Source of the DNA: Lepidodermella squamata | Taxonomy: Eukaryota; Animalia; Gastrotricha | Direction of reading: 5' to 3' | Assembly (NCBI GenBank): GCA_047495785.1 | Contig: JBLDXI010000001.1 | Span: forward strand, 62,001-126,000 | DNA: 64,000 bases | In this document: positions 1 through 15,223 of the stretch, piece by piece | Layout of the letters: each line of letters begins with the position of its first letter | Numbering within the stretch: the stretch's first letter is position 1 | The notes under the pieces: generated by a model | Database searches by the model: none | What the model was told of the DNA's origin: nothing | The model's input: only the letters and a program-made list of their open reading frames with translations | Translations under genes and position numbers: made by a program

Positions 1-798
1 CAGGACGAGCGCATAACGCCGCTGGACGCGCTCGGACACTCGTTCGTCACGCTGAAGCACCTGGTCGACTACGCGAACACGAACATTGTGAAGCTGAGCA
101 TACGTGCTATGGAAGGTGTTTCCGGAGCCACCGCAACGGCCGTCGCTATGACCGCCGCGCACTACGCTCAGGTAAGTTCACGCCGACCAATTAAGGAGGA
201 TCATCAGGCAGGATGCCCGTCTTATCTCGTGCAGGTGGCGCAGAGCAACTCGGCGTCGCGCGGCATCATCAACATGCTGTCCGCCGGCGGCCCGCATCTC
301 GCATGCCTGCAGTACGGCAACTTGTTGCAGACGCCGGCTCACCATCCTCACCACCAGGCGCAGGCACACCAACCCGCGCCGCCGCCCCAGCAACAGCAGC
401 AGCAGAACCCGTTCGTGTCGCTCGTGCCCGCGACTTCGGTCACGTTCCTCGCAGCTGCGCCGCATCTGCTTGGTTCGGTTTCTTCGTCGACCCCGCCTAT
501 CTTGCTGTCAGATTTCACCACAGCAGCGGCGTTATCGGCGTCACACCCCGCTGCGGCTGCCACGCTGTTCGGCGTCCACCCAACCCTGGTTGCGTCGTTG
601 CTTCAACAACAGCAGCAGCAGCAACAGCCTGGGAATGCTATGCGGCAACAGCAGAATTTTGTTCCACAACAGCAGCATCAGCAGCAAAATCTTACCCCAC
701 AATCTGTCCCGCAACAGCGGTTGGGAGTTCGTGGGAGGCCTGCAGCGGCACCGGATAGCTGGGAGACGGGGCAAAACGCTGTTGTCGAATACATTCTT

Positions 799-830
<32 letters not shown>

Positions 831-1470
831 ACAGCATAATCTAGCGAAACAGTCGTCGACTGACGAAGTAATAGTGATCAGTTCGGACGAGGAAGCCGAC
901 TCGCCGCCGGGTGGATTCGCTCGCCCGCAACAGGTTGTCGTCAACGTGGCTGATGTCGTTAAAAAAGAGATGATCTCTGACCCGCAACAGCAACGGCGTG
1001 TCATGGGCGGCGGACCGCAGCAGTCGACTGTGGTCAATTTTCAGCCGGTGGTGTCCGGGCGGCATGGCAACGTGCCCGTTGTCAGCGTGCCCCCGTTGCA
1101 GTTGAGCGTTCAGCGTGGCGACGACCAGCAGCTCAACCACCTTAACCTGTTGTCGGCCGCCGCCGTCGCCGCCTCCACTTGCCAGCCCGCGCACCAGGCC
1201 GCCGCCGCTGCCGTCGAGTTCGCGCGCAACGCCTTCCTCATCCAGCAGCAGCAACAGCACCAACAACAGCAGCATCAGCAACAGCAGCAAGCCGCCGCAG
1301 TCGCCGCTGCTCATCAGCAGGCCCAGCAGCAGCAACTGCTCGCGAACATGCTGGGCGCGGCTGGTTCGACGAGGACGGTGCATTTATTTGCGACGCCGAC
1401 GGCGCCAGGCAACGTGTCGTCGATTTTGTACCACAACTCGCCGGCCGGCATTACTTCTGCATTCCGATGA
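1..1470 (+). CDS. HIPK: Homeodomain-interacting protein kinase, 3' part (end of kinase domain plus polyQ/low-complexity tail); gene begins upstream of the window
   Basis: Frame 1 from base 1 reads QDERITPLDALGHSFVTLKHLVDYANTNIVKLSIRAME, resembling the HIPK kinase C-terminus (RITPxExLxHPFVTMxHL). An acidic SUMO-interacting motif, DEVIVISSDEEAD (862-900), is present as in HIPK2. Probable intron 172-234 (gtaagt...gtgcag). Stop at 1468-1470. Confidence 0.85.
600..1335 (+). repeat. CAG/CAA polyglutamine tracts within HIPK CDS
   Basis: Several mixed CAG/CAA runs, e.g. 799-834 and 1243-1290. Confidence 0.9.
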
Positions 1471-4082
1471 TTGAACTTCATCGCCGTCCTTTATATTTGA
1501 ACTGAAAAATCATTATTATAATCAATTACGACTTCTACTTCACACTACTACAACTACTATCTGTTACCGTTATTTACCAAATTTTAATTGCAGACACACA
1601 ACACACACCGTCTCGATGAGCTCGGAGCTTTTCTTTACATACAGCTATAGCAGAATCGAAATATCTATCGTATGAATGTATCAATTCACATCCTTATACC
1701 CGTGTAGCTGCGTGTTGAAGGGTTTTGTTGAGCGCACCTTTCGTTCTTTATATTCGGATTAAACAAACGTGAAAGAAACAGTGATAAGTCATGTACAGAT
1801 GTTTGTACAATGTTGCTGTGTGTCGGGTGGTTTTCTCATTCTATCTTTTTTTCTCTGCTTCTCTCTTTTCTTCTCTCTTTATGTTATAACGGTTTTCTCT
1901 TGTTTTGTTTCTGGTTGGTCACGCGCTGACGATTTTGATGATGAGAAGTTGATGAAAAATGATTATATATATCTATAAAATTACAAATATATATGTTTAC
2001 CAGCACTCGAGAAACCTGCGTAGAGAAGAAATTCCAGCTGCTATCATTAAAATTATTATTTACAAACAATATTTGAACAAATCGTGGCCGTCGATGGAAC
2101 GTCATCGCAGAAAGAGATCAGTGCCCTCTGAGCTGCCTTTTTCAGTCTACTGTGCGGAGGAAGCTAAAAAAAATTCTATTGAGGGTGGTTTCCATCTATC
2201 GCTTCTTCTTCTTCGTAACGAAATGCCTCTTATTACTATCATTATTAGCTACTAATATGGGTATCACTCACGATGGTATTGTATGGTAGCCATCTGAAGT
2301 TGTAACGGCTTCTTTCCCCTCTGCAATTCGAACAATACTTGTTGAATTATGCTTTGAGAAAGGATGGTTATCTACGAATTGTTAACGGCTTCTATTACAT
2401 GCGGAACGCGTGGTATATCGAAGATGTTGTTATCACTCGCACGCCAGCTTAAATTTAACCCGGAGTGGTCATGGTACCGTCTGTTGTCGGATCGCGCACT
2501 TTTTTAGTAGTCAACAGGTGTAACTGTGTTCGACGTTCGTCGATGGGCCGTCAATACGTTTTACTCGTTGTCTTCGTTCCAAGTAGCGTTGTTTCTTCTA
2601 GCGAAACAACATTATCATGCATGTTATTTCTCATCTTCTCTCTCTCTCTCTGTCATTGAAAAATGGCAATTCTTTCATATTGAAGTGCGTGCGTCGTCGT
2701 CATTATTTACCTGTATTGAAATCGTTCATCATTTAGCAATGATAACTGTCATGAGAGTAGTAATGCCGTCGTTGCAGCCTTTCGGAAACGCGATTAATTA
2801 TGATTATGGTAATAAAGAGAAAATGTCTTCTTGAGGATATATTGAAGGATGTAGTTGCTTGCGGATACGCGTCCAACTTGATGATGATACTAGACAGGAG
2901 GACGCCTGCTCTTTCCTTTGCAACACGATGATAAAAAAGTAAAAGATGTTTGTGACGATTCAGCCGGCCTTTTTTCCTTGAAAATAACTGATAGTAATCC
3001 AGTAAATGTGCTGGTGTAATTTTTTCAGGGGACACGGCTCGTTACACAGCCTGTCTGACGATGCATATCCTTTTAGCATTAGTGATTCAGCCTCGAGCGC
3101 ATGTGCAGAATTGATTTATCCTCTTTCATTAATTTGCAATTGCGAGACGCGAATTCATGCCAAAAGCTCTAAGCCAATTTTCCTGTCTGAGCCGAAATCT
3201 TGACGAGAAATCCGATGAACGGATGATTACGTTAACAACGCATCGTGTCTGTGGCACCGTTTCCGAAGTACTGAACATTGAAGAGTAACTGCATGTGATT
3301 CTGACTGGTCGACCATACAGGAAGTTATTGACGTCAGCATAGCAGCAAAATGATCTTGGACAAATCATTAATAAGTTGGTCACGGATTGAGGTGTCATCA
3401 GCGAATCCTCTGTTAGGAGTGAATATCAACTTTAACAAAACTCATTAAGACATTGTACGAGTTCAGGTTCAACATTTGAATAAGACACGTCGGAAACTAC
3501 TACTCTTTGACGGAAAGCCATTTCACTTAGCTGTACACGTTTCACATTCGCAGCTATCGACAAGTGTATGAACAAAAGCTTCTTTATTACATTATCGTCG
3601 TCATTTATATTCAGCAGTTTCAGCGAATATTTAGCGAGAGACTGGTCGAAGAAAAATTGAGCCATGCTGAGCCATGTTGTACGTACAAGAAGACATGTTG
3701 GCGATAAAAGTACATCTGAAATAATTAGTAATAATAATAGTGGTAATAAAAAAGAAAACAATCAATTCGCTTGGCGTTACAAGGCATGGTACAAAACTAC
3801 TCGTTGGTGTTAAAATGAATCATTATTTTTTGTACACAACTGCAAACAATAACGTGGTATTTAAGATTATTCGTAAATAGTAGAATGATAACAGTCAGTG
3901 ATACAAAGTAGATAGAAACAACACAAAACAATCACACATTGCGTGACGGAAGAAGTCGATGCGTCTGCAAGCGATTCGGGAGGTGCCGAACGGTTTCACA
4001 GAAATAATAATAATTATAATAGCTCTTATTTTACAATATTGCTGACTTATAGAATGCTCTGTGATGGAGTGTCCACTGCGCG

Positions 4083-6860
<2,778 letters not shown>

Positions 6861-9208
6861 GCCAGTTAATAAATCCTAAAATATTCTATCACATGGAACG
6901 AACGCCAGTTTAATTACGATGTGAACGGAAGTTGGGCACTACACAGCTTGTTGTTATCATGTTAGGACAACAGTCGTGGAAGAGCCGTAACACGTAGGTA
7001 ACTGAATACGGGCGAAACATGATCATCGCGCAGTTAGCGACAATATAATAGGCGAGCGGAGGGTAGTTGAGCTCAAGCTTACCCATCACGGTTCCATGCA
7101 AAATATATGCGCGTTATGTAAGTATATAATTCCCGGTCGCGCAGAAGACAATCAGCAAACGGTGATACCTGCGAGACGAGTAACAGCGAAACGTTAGCAA
7201 GAACGGTGCGCAAACAACAAGCGGAGGAGCAAACAGAAACACGGTTGGCATATAAACAAAGCGCACGAGCATCGCTGGTTAGCTGCCTTTTGTCGAGCGG
7301 CGCACGAGAAGAAGAAGAGGAAGCGCAGCGAACAACATGCCGGTAGATGCCGTGCCTGCCAAAAACGAATGACCCCGATGGTCGATGTTAATCTGGGCGG
7401 CTGAGCCGTACACCAAGTGTCGCTGACTGTGTCGATACACATCAAGGTCAAGCGGCCTACTTTCCTTACGCCTCTAACTGGTCAGTGATTAAACTATCAC
7501 ACTACCCGTGAACACTTCAAGTCAAGAGCGCGGATGTATCAGGCATAAAATTATGCCAACTAGTGCCGGCCTTCTACTATATATACACACACCACACACA
7601 CACAGAAAACTGGCAAGTTGAAGACGTGTTGCTTTTTTCTCGACAGCGTCTCTATTTAAGAATACAGCTTATTGTTATCAGCGCGTTTCGGTATAAGGCC
7701 AATACAATGCCATTCAAAAAAAGCAAATATACACTACGCATAAAATAAACTAAATTGCTGGCGAAATTGAGGCGCATACCTGGCCCATACACCACGGTAA
7801 TAATAGTGGTATTTATGACACAAAGGTAGCTGAGATTAGCGCTTACAGAATGAAAAGATCGGACTGTTCATTCAGGCATAATACGTAAGCCAAAATGATG
7901 CAAGGGGCGAATTATTACGGTTTCATTGACGCTCATTATTTGGTAAAACAAGCGATAATTTGCGACTGAATTGGTAGCCCAGAAAGCTAGTTGATAATAA
8001 CTGATATCACAAACTAGAAACAATGCCTACATGAAATGTCATAAAAATACAGTAGCTTTGCGCTCAGCCGGACTCGCCTTGAGCCAAGGAATTTTTTCCA
8101 GCTTAATGAAAGCCCGATTTATTGCAAGTAATTAACTTTATTGCAAGTCTGGCTTACAGCAAAACTACTGCATCTATTTCTTGCATCGACAGGCACTGAC
8201 TGCAAACAAGAGGTTTTCTTGATCAAGTTTGATTGAGTATTCAAATAAAGCTAGCTAAAATTGCCGTCCACGTTGAAATATTTCTTTTAGACATAGACAG
8301 GCTCGCTATGTGTTTTGAATACAGAAGAGTAGTATACCCGATCAGAAAAACATGAAACTGAGCTCGAAGCTTGAATTAGTAAGTAGAACACAACTCAGCA
8401 CAAGTTAGCTAAGTATTTACATACTAAAATAATGCTACAAGTCCGCAACTTAAGTAATTAAAAATTTTGGAAGGAGCGTCAGAAATTGAAACAAGCGAGT
8501 CATTGAATTTTGTCATGCTTATCAAATCAGAAAAGGTCCATTCATTTCTGCAAAACTCTCGCTCCTAGCATGACGTTGGCAGCTTTGATTAATGATTCAG
8601 GCAAACGATAAAAAATGTCGCTCAGATTAGCCAACAGCAATGCGCAATAGAAGGAATCAAGTTCTACGATTGAATAAAATGAGACACGCCGTATAAGAAG
8701 GGTCCTTATCCAAGCTGGATAATATTTTTGATAAAGCCGATTGTTCAAGTACGTTTATAAGTGCGACGCTACATCACAAATAGGGACGCGACAGAAAGGA
8801 GCGGACCTTTTTCATGCGGCGTGTCTCAACAGTTGCAGCAAACTGAATTGCACCGAATTTTAAGAACCATGATGTTTCACGGGAAGGATATGAGTAAGTA
8901 CTCGTGGTGACAATGAAATCTGGAGTAATAATATTGAACCTGGCTCGAATAAGACTAAGTGCTACACGTAGGTGGCAATGATACCCTAATGGTCGCAACA
9001 CTTAGAGGAACCAACATCTCAATCGCTGTCGCCAAACTCAGTCAGAGCCAGCATGTGCGCTAAGATGACGGGTTGTGGAGCTAATAAAGTTTTTTCTGTT
9101 GCTTGTCGGACGAGCCGCTACACTGACCTTATGGTGATGTCGCTGAGTCGTCCGAGGTCAGGCTTTTCAGTACTCTACTTGCCTACCTACCAAATAACCA
9201 AGCGATAT

Positions 9209-9586
9209 CAGTGGCGGAGATGTCAAATCTGTGGGGGTTCAGGGGCGACTCTCAAGACGTATTTTTAGGGGCGCCACCTACCGAGTTTGGCAGTCTCTGT
9301 GTCCCAGAGACCCAAACAGGAAAAATCGTCTTAAACACTGAAAAACGTTGGAAATAACACCTTAATGCAATAAAATTTGTTATGGTTAAGCGATACAGTT
9401 ACATTCAGAATAAAATCTATGAAATGAGACGTTTTGGCCACTGATGACCGATGAATTTAAAAGACCATAAAAGACCAAAGGGGGGGGGGACCCTTACATA
9501 CTGCTTCTAGGGGCGCCAAGTTCCGTTTTGGGGGGTGAACGACCCTGGTGCGAGGCACCCCCTCGCACCCCCTATCTCCGCCACTG
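9209..9586. mobile_element. Non-autonomous hAT-type MITE, 378 bp
   Basis: Perfect 13-bp TIRs CAGTGGCGGAGAT (9209-9221) and ATCTCCGCCACTG (9574-9586). Identical 8-bp flanks AGCGATAT at 9201-9208 and 9587-9594. CAG termini with an 8-bp TSD are typical of hAT. Confidence 0.9.
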
Positions 9587-12500
9587 AGCGATATTGCTCC
9601 CATCCATGAGTTCTCAAAGGCAATTGAGCTAAAAACGACGGAATAAATCCTCCCACCTCCCGATCGTACCCAATTACCAATGTCCAAACATTGTACCCAA
9701 AACAATATCATCGGCAGGTTACCTGTTATCAGTTTATCAACGAAAGCCGCGAATTGATGAATTGATAAGTGGCAGTTTATCGCAGACCCCCGAACTCGGC
9801 ACTGTATTTATCTACTTTTTCTCATTTGTCTTTACTAATAACAACCGTTGTGCTGAGGAACTGGGATGTCTCTTACAGACGCGGTCTGTAGGGAACAATA
9901 CCGAATGAAAATTTGAATGGCTTCTCAACCTGTAGTTTCTCTTTTCGCATCTCCTTGTGTGACTTCAACCGTGCAGCTTGAGATTTTTCGGCGCCATTGA
10001 GCCCATATTGTAGTCACTGTTTGAAGAGAGCAGGAAAAAGTGCTAATATTCATTCAAGCGCTAATTCTGCACCGTTGCTGGTCAACATTCAACATTTAAC
10101 ATATTCAATGTAGTTTTTCAGCGATGAAGCGTGAAGATGAGTAGATTCTTTTAGCCTAGAATAAGGCTGGAGATTAGTAAAAACTGCAACCCGCAGTGAG
10201 GTAAGTGGAAGAAGGTGAGTGAAGTGTGAAGAAGATCGAAGTTCACTAGCCATGCCAATACCCAGTTGTCTATTAGCTATTGAATGAGAAATGAGAAAAC
10301 ATGGCACGAAAGTAAAAAAGCTCAATTGGGACATCAATAAGAGATTATAACCGAAGGATTGTAAAAAGACTTGAAAGCTAAACAACAGAAAAATTGGTGG
10401 AGGACCTTACATGGTGGGGTCAACTCCCAACAACTCGAGAAAGATTATTCGAAAAACGATTTTTAAGCTAGCCGCCAATTTTGATCATAATTACACAGAC
10501 CTTGACATCAGCATATATTAACAGTGTCGATTTAATTTTTATTATATTTTTAATTGCTTCATAATTTCTGCAAAATTCAGGCGGCAAATTCAAAATAAAA
10601 TATAATGACATGGAAAATAATCAGCATTTTGATAATTGAAATTGTATGAAATTGTATTTAGCAATCCGGGCTACTAACAGTTCAAGCTCGAAATTTTGAA
10701 AATTCGAAAATTCATTTTCGGTGAATCGCTCAATTTTCATGTTTTCGAACCGACTTGAGCCCTCAACCCTCAACCCTGTGGCTACTATTAGGGATGGGCG
10801 ATTATTGGTGACTACTGTTGGAGCAAATACGGTGAACGAAAAATAGAATATCTTGGAGTGAATCTCTTCTTGAAGTGAAGCTCTTTATTTCGAAATGTAT
10901 ACTATCGAATGTACCATTTGTTGAATGGTTTAGCGTTGAAAGACACGGTTGCTAATCTTTGTTATGGAATGGCAAACCGAAATAAAAAATTCTCAGAAAT
11001 TTTAAAATGTTTATCGCAACAATAAAACGTTGGTTTCATGCGACATTGATTAGAACAGGTTTCCTGAATTCTGAGTTTGAAGCTTGGCGAATGAATTTGC
11101 TCGCAGAATTATGGGAAAGCGCGAGTTTCATCTGGACGCAGATGTACATTCAACACTACTTGTGTAGAAGAATATTATTTTACCTTCAGAAAGTTTTTAC
11201 GAGAAGCCTATTTTTTGGATCACGATACCGACTTCAATAATATAGTCTTCCATTCGCAATGCAAGCCGGAAACGTTATGGAATCGATGCCTCAGCATGCT
11301 ACCATCCATGCTGCCCCGTCTACATTCGGATGTCGCTGAGCCGATTACCATAAATGTTGAAATACTAGCCACTTGGTTTCACTATATACTCTACTGTTTC
11401 TCTCCACAAATTAATGAATAATTTTAATTTTCTTGCCATTCGTACCAAATTTAGAATTCCTCAAGCTTAGGAAAACTCCATTGTAATATCTTTAGCATTT
11501 GCACCGCTGATTCCTATCATGCGATTGCTGCTTGCAAACGATGTCTGGAAAGAGCTTCGGAACAGGACACACGGATCGATTTTTGACGTGGACTTTTTGA
11601 ATATTCATATTTTCAATTATTCCAAAATATCAAGATATGAATGATTTGATTAAAACGTTCGAATATATTTCAAATTGATGGAACCCGAAGAAAGTGCATT
11701 GATGATTCAACATTATAAATAAATCAAAAGACGTCGTAAAGCATCATGGGCAAGAGAAATATAAATTTTTACCATCTTACTCTTCATTATTTTTATTAAG
11801 CTTGAATTCAGATATCAGGAATCACCTCGCTAGAAACAAATGACATCTGAACGCAATGTTTTCCTGTATCGAGGCTTGTTTATCGATACGCTGAAATGCT
11901 TTATTTTTTCAATGTAGCAGCTATGCCCCTTGGTTATCAATCCGGGGAGGCAAATATAATCGATGCGCATGTGCCGGTGCTTTCTCTGGATTCTGGATCA
12001 TTTATGGATCTCTTCAGCGTGTATTTTACCGTGTAATATTATTTTATACTCTTACACGTAGGTAGCTCGGAAAAAAGAATGCTTTGCGGGCGGGGCACAA
12101 GCGTGCCGAGGCCGATTCGCATCTTATCAACTAATAGGAGCGCGCGTCTCAATGTATATTGCGTAAAATATTGTTCTTCAGTTTTTTCACTTAAAGGGCG
12201 CGCGTGAGTTCTGATACCCGCCGTATCATGCGCCAGCGTATGCTTGGTACATCAATGTGTTTAGAATCCGATCTTCAGCCTTGCGTAAACATCCGCCGTG
12301 TCTCTGGCAGTATCGCTTGGCGTCGGCTCCCGCATATCTTACTTACCTCTATCCTGCATCGCCTACCAACCTACTTTTTACCAACGCTACCTTCTACAAG
12401 CCGCGGCACCAAAGCATAGTGGCCGGTCATGCGCGTGCGTTGCTGCTATCACTTTATGGTTTGCTCGTTCGAGTTCGAGTTCGGTCAGCTTGCCGGCTGC

Positions 12501-12953
12501 GCTGTGAGCGATGCTGTTTCCAGTAGGCAAAATCTGCGTATTAATTTTTTGTTTTTTCAGGTAATTTTCGATTTCTTCCCATACCATGGAACTAGTATAC
12601 TTTCTCATGCAGCTAAAAGAGGCGAGCTGTTTGGTATGGCGCACACGCCCGCTTCCCACAACGCTCATTATTCGTTTTTGCGCGCCGTAATTTGTGAGCG
12701 ACCATTCCGCGGTGCGTGCGAGCAGATAATACGCGGTTCGCCGTGAGTTGCTTCAGATGGTATAACCGCACTAAAGTAGAGAGGTATTTTCGACAAAAAA
12801 TTGCTATTATTTATTAAATTGTGTTTTTCGGTTGGGTATAATGCTGCCCACCTTGGCATAAATGAGTGCTCTGCTTTTCGCTATGACCTCCACCCAGCGT
12901 TTCACTCGACGTGTTGTGTAGTTTCTTTTCTCAAGCTATAACTGCTGCCTGTC

Positions 12954-13547
12954 ATGAAGGTATCAGCCAGGAACGATTTTGTGCCTTGGTGCTAAATAAT
13001 GCAAGGTTGCTACGTTATGATGTGCCCATGGGAACTGGTCTAATTTTATCTCAAATGCAAGCGACTTCCGATCCTGGTGACTTATGAATTGCATCTTTTA
13101 ACATCTCACAGTGCCTCTTAAGTATTTATTTATTTTTAATTCTGTTCAACCGCTAAAAATGCCTCAGTGGGGTGGAGTAAGTTTTCTTTTTACCAATCGT
13201 TCTCATTCGCTACATATTTATAAATTCCTCACCAGGCCAGTGAAAAGTGCAAGGTGTGTCAGAAGACCGTCTACGAGATGGAAAAACTCACCATCGAGGC
13301 CGTCGTTTATCACAAGACTTGCTTCAAGTGCGCCAAGTGCAACAAAGTTCTGCGCATGGGTGACTTCACCGCCATTCAGGGTGAAGTTTTCTGCAAACCT
13401 CACTTCAAGCAACTTTTCCAGGTCAAAGGAAACTACGAGGAAGGCTTCAGACAAGCTCTCGTCGAAGCTCAAAAATCGGCCCAACAACAGGAGAAGAAGA
13501 AGGAAACGAAAGGCGCCGAGGTCGCTGAGGAGGAGGCGGCTGAATAA
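12954..13547 (+). CDS. Small single-LIM-domain protein (LIMD2/EPLIN/XIRP-type LIM)
   Basis: A 6-nt coding first exon ATGAAG|gt (12954-12959) splices in frame to 13236-13547. This gives MKASEKCKVCQKTVYEMEKL...HKTCFKCAKC...FCKPHFKQLFQVKGNYEEGF; the CKPHFxQLFxxKGNYxEGF ending is the EPLIN/LIMD2 signature. Confidence 0.85.
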
Positions 13548-15223
13548 TCGATAGCTAGGTCAATGACTTCCCTGCCATTTTATACTATTTAATTGAAATG
13601 CAAGATAAGTAATTCTCTTGACAAGTGATGATGAACATATGCGCTTTTCACCTTGAGTCTTGCTGTGCTTAGCTTTGAAAAGTTGACCATTCGACAACGT
13701 TGATTGTCTCCTCTATGTAGAGAAACTCACACTAGTGAGATACACACGAGATCTGAACCTTGCCCGGCGAACAATGTGAACGTTATAAGCCAAGTTATCT
13801 TACGTCGTATTGTTTAAGACTATAGGTACTATTTTACATCGATGATAATATGCGACGGTGTTTGACGCGGCCATTTTTCCTTGCGTTGATTGCAAGGATG
13901 CAACGCTTTATTTTAGCAGGGTTGGGATGGCCGCAGAAAAGCGCTCTTTATGCATGATGTAAATTGTATTGAAAAAACTATTAAAAGCTTGTTGTTATTG
14001 CTCCTTGTTTTCCTATAAGTCAGATTTTTTAAATTGATCGGCCAGTTCAACATCTTTGAAGGATCTGGGACCATTTCCTAGTTTCAGGTTGGAACGAGGT
14101 AAGGTTAGGACCGATTGTCCAATTGAAAATCCGATTCTCCAACGGCGAGTAAGAAACTTATTTAGAATGGACTAGTTAACGGAACATTTTGAATATTTTT
14201 TCTGCAGAGCAGCTCATCGCAAGAAAAAAAATCGATTGATTTACGACCTTGAAAATATTTTTATTCACAAAAACAGGCTCGAAGATTTCAACAGTTATAA
14301 GTTTTTTCAATGCTCCCAAATACACACGCAAGTTATTTATAATATTACTATTATAATATATCCGTTATTCGCCAATTTATACAGCATCATCATTACAGTG
14401 ATGGCTGGGTTATAGCATATAATAGGATAAATTTCAGGCGGATCGTTTATTTTCCCACCCAAATAATGAGAAGCACACTCACTCATGCCCGGTATATTTT
14501 GAATCCGAAATGATAATAGCCAATGACTATTGGATGACTAAGAACTAGGAAAAGCTGGTCTGATATTAAAATATAGCGGGATGAAAAGCTATTTACATTT
14601 CGAGCTAGCTTCAATTCAGTTTTGGATCAGAATCTGTGCCTCTTTCGCGCTGGCACCGCCTTTGTCATGACGCTAGGAGAAGATGAAGATAGTAGGTGAA
14701 GATATAATATGTTACAAAACAGACTGCCGATATGGTGTTATCACAGAGGCGCGACTCGAAAAGGTTGGGTATATAACATGATTTCACACGACCTACGTTT
14801 ACAAAAACCAGCTATATGATACGATTATATTGGCGAATGAGAGTAAAACAAGTCAGCGATGATTTTTTGTACATAAAATCTGCTATCCATTAATATTGAC
14901 ATAAGTGTTATTTTATGCATCGAATGGTCCATGATGTTTTCAGAAAGAGAGAGCCAAGAATAGAAAAGAATGATCATGAGAACAACAACTTTTCAGAAAA
15001 GCTATAACAACCAAAAAATGTAGCATGCGGCGAGCGTTTTTTTCATGGCATTTACCGCACTGATGTATAAGAACCGATTTTGTAAAAATATAAGATAACA
15101 CATTATTATGGTAATGTAAGGTGCAAACACCTTTTCGAATGTAGCGCTCAACCGAACGTTTTTGTTTACGATACGGCGACGGATTGGTACGCGGTATAAA
15201 GCGAGCAAAATTCTGTATACTGA

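Noticed and set aside
178-1505. Numerous overlapping alternative-frame and antisense ORFs over HIPK (poly-L, poly-C, poly-S)
   Set aside because: Shadows of the GC-rich CAG-repeat coding sequence, with no independent features.
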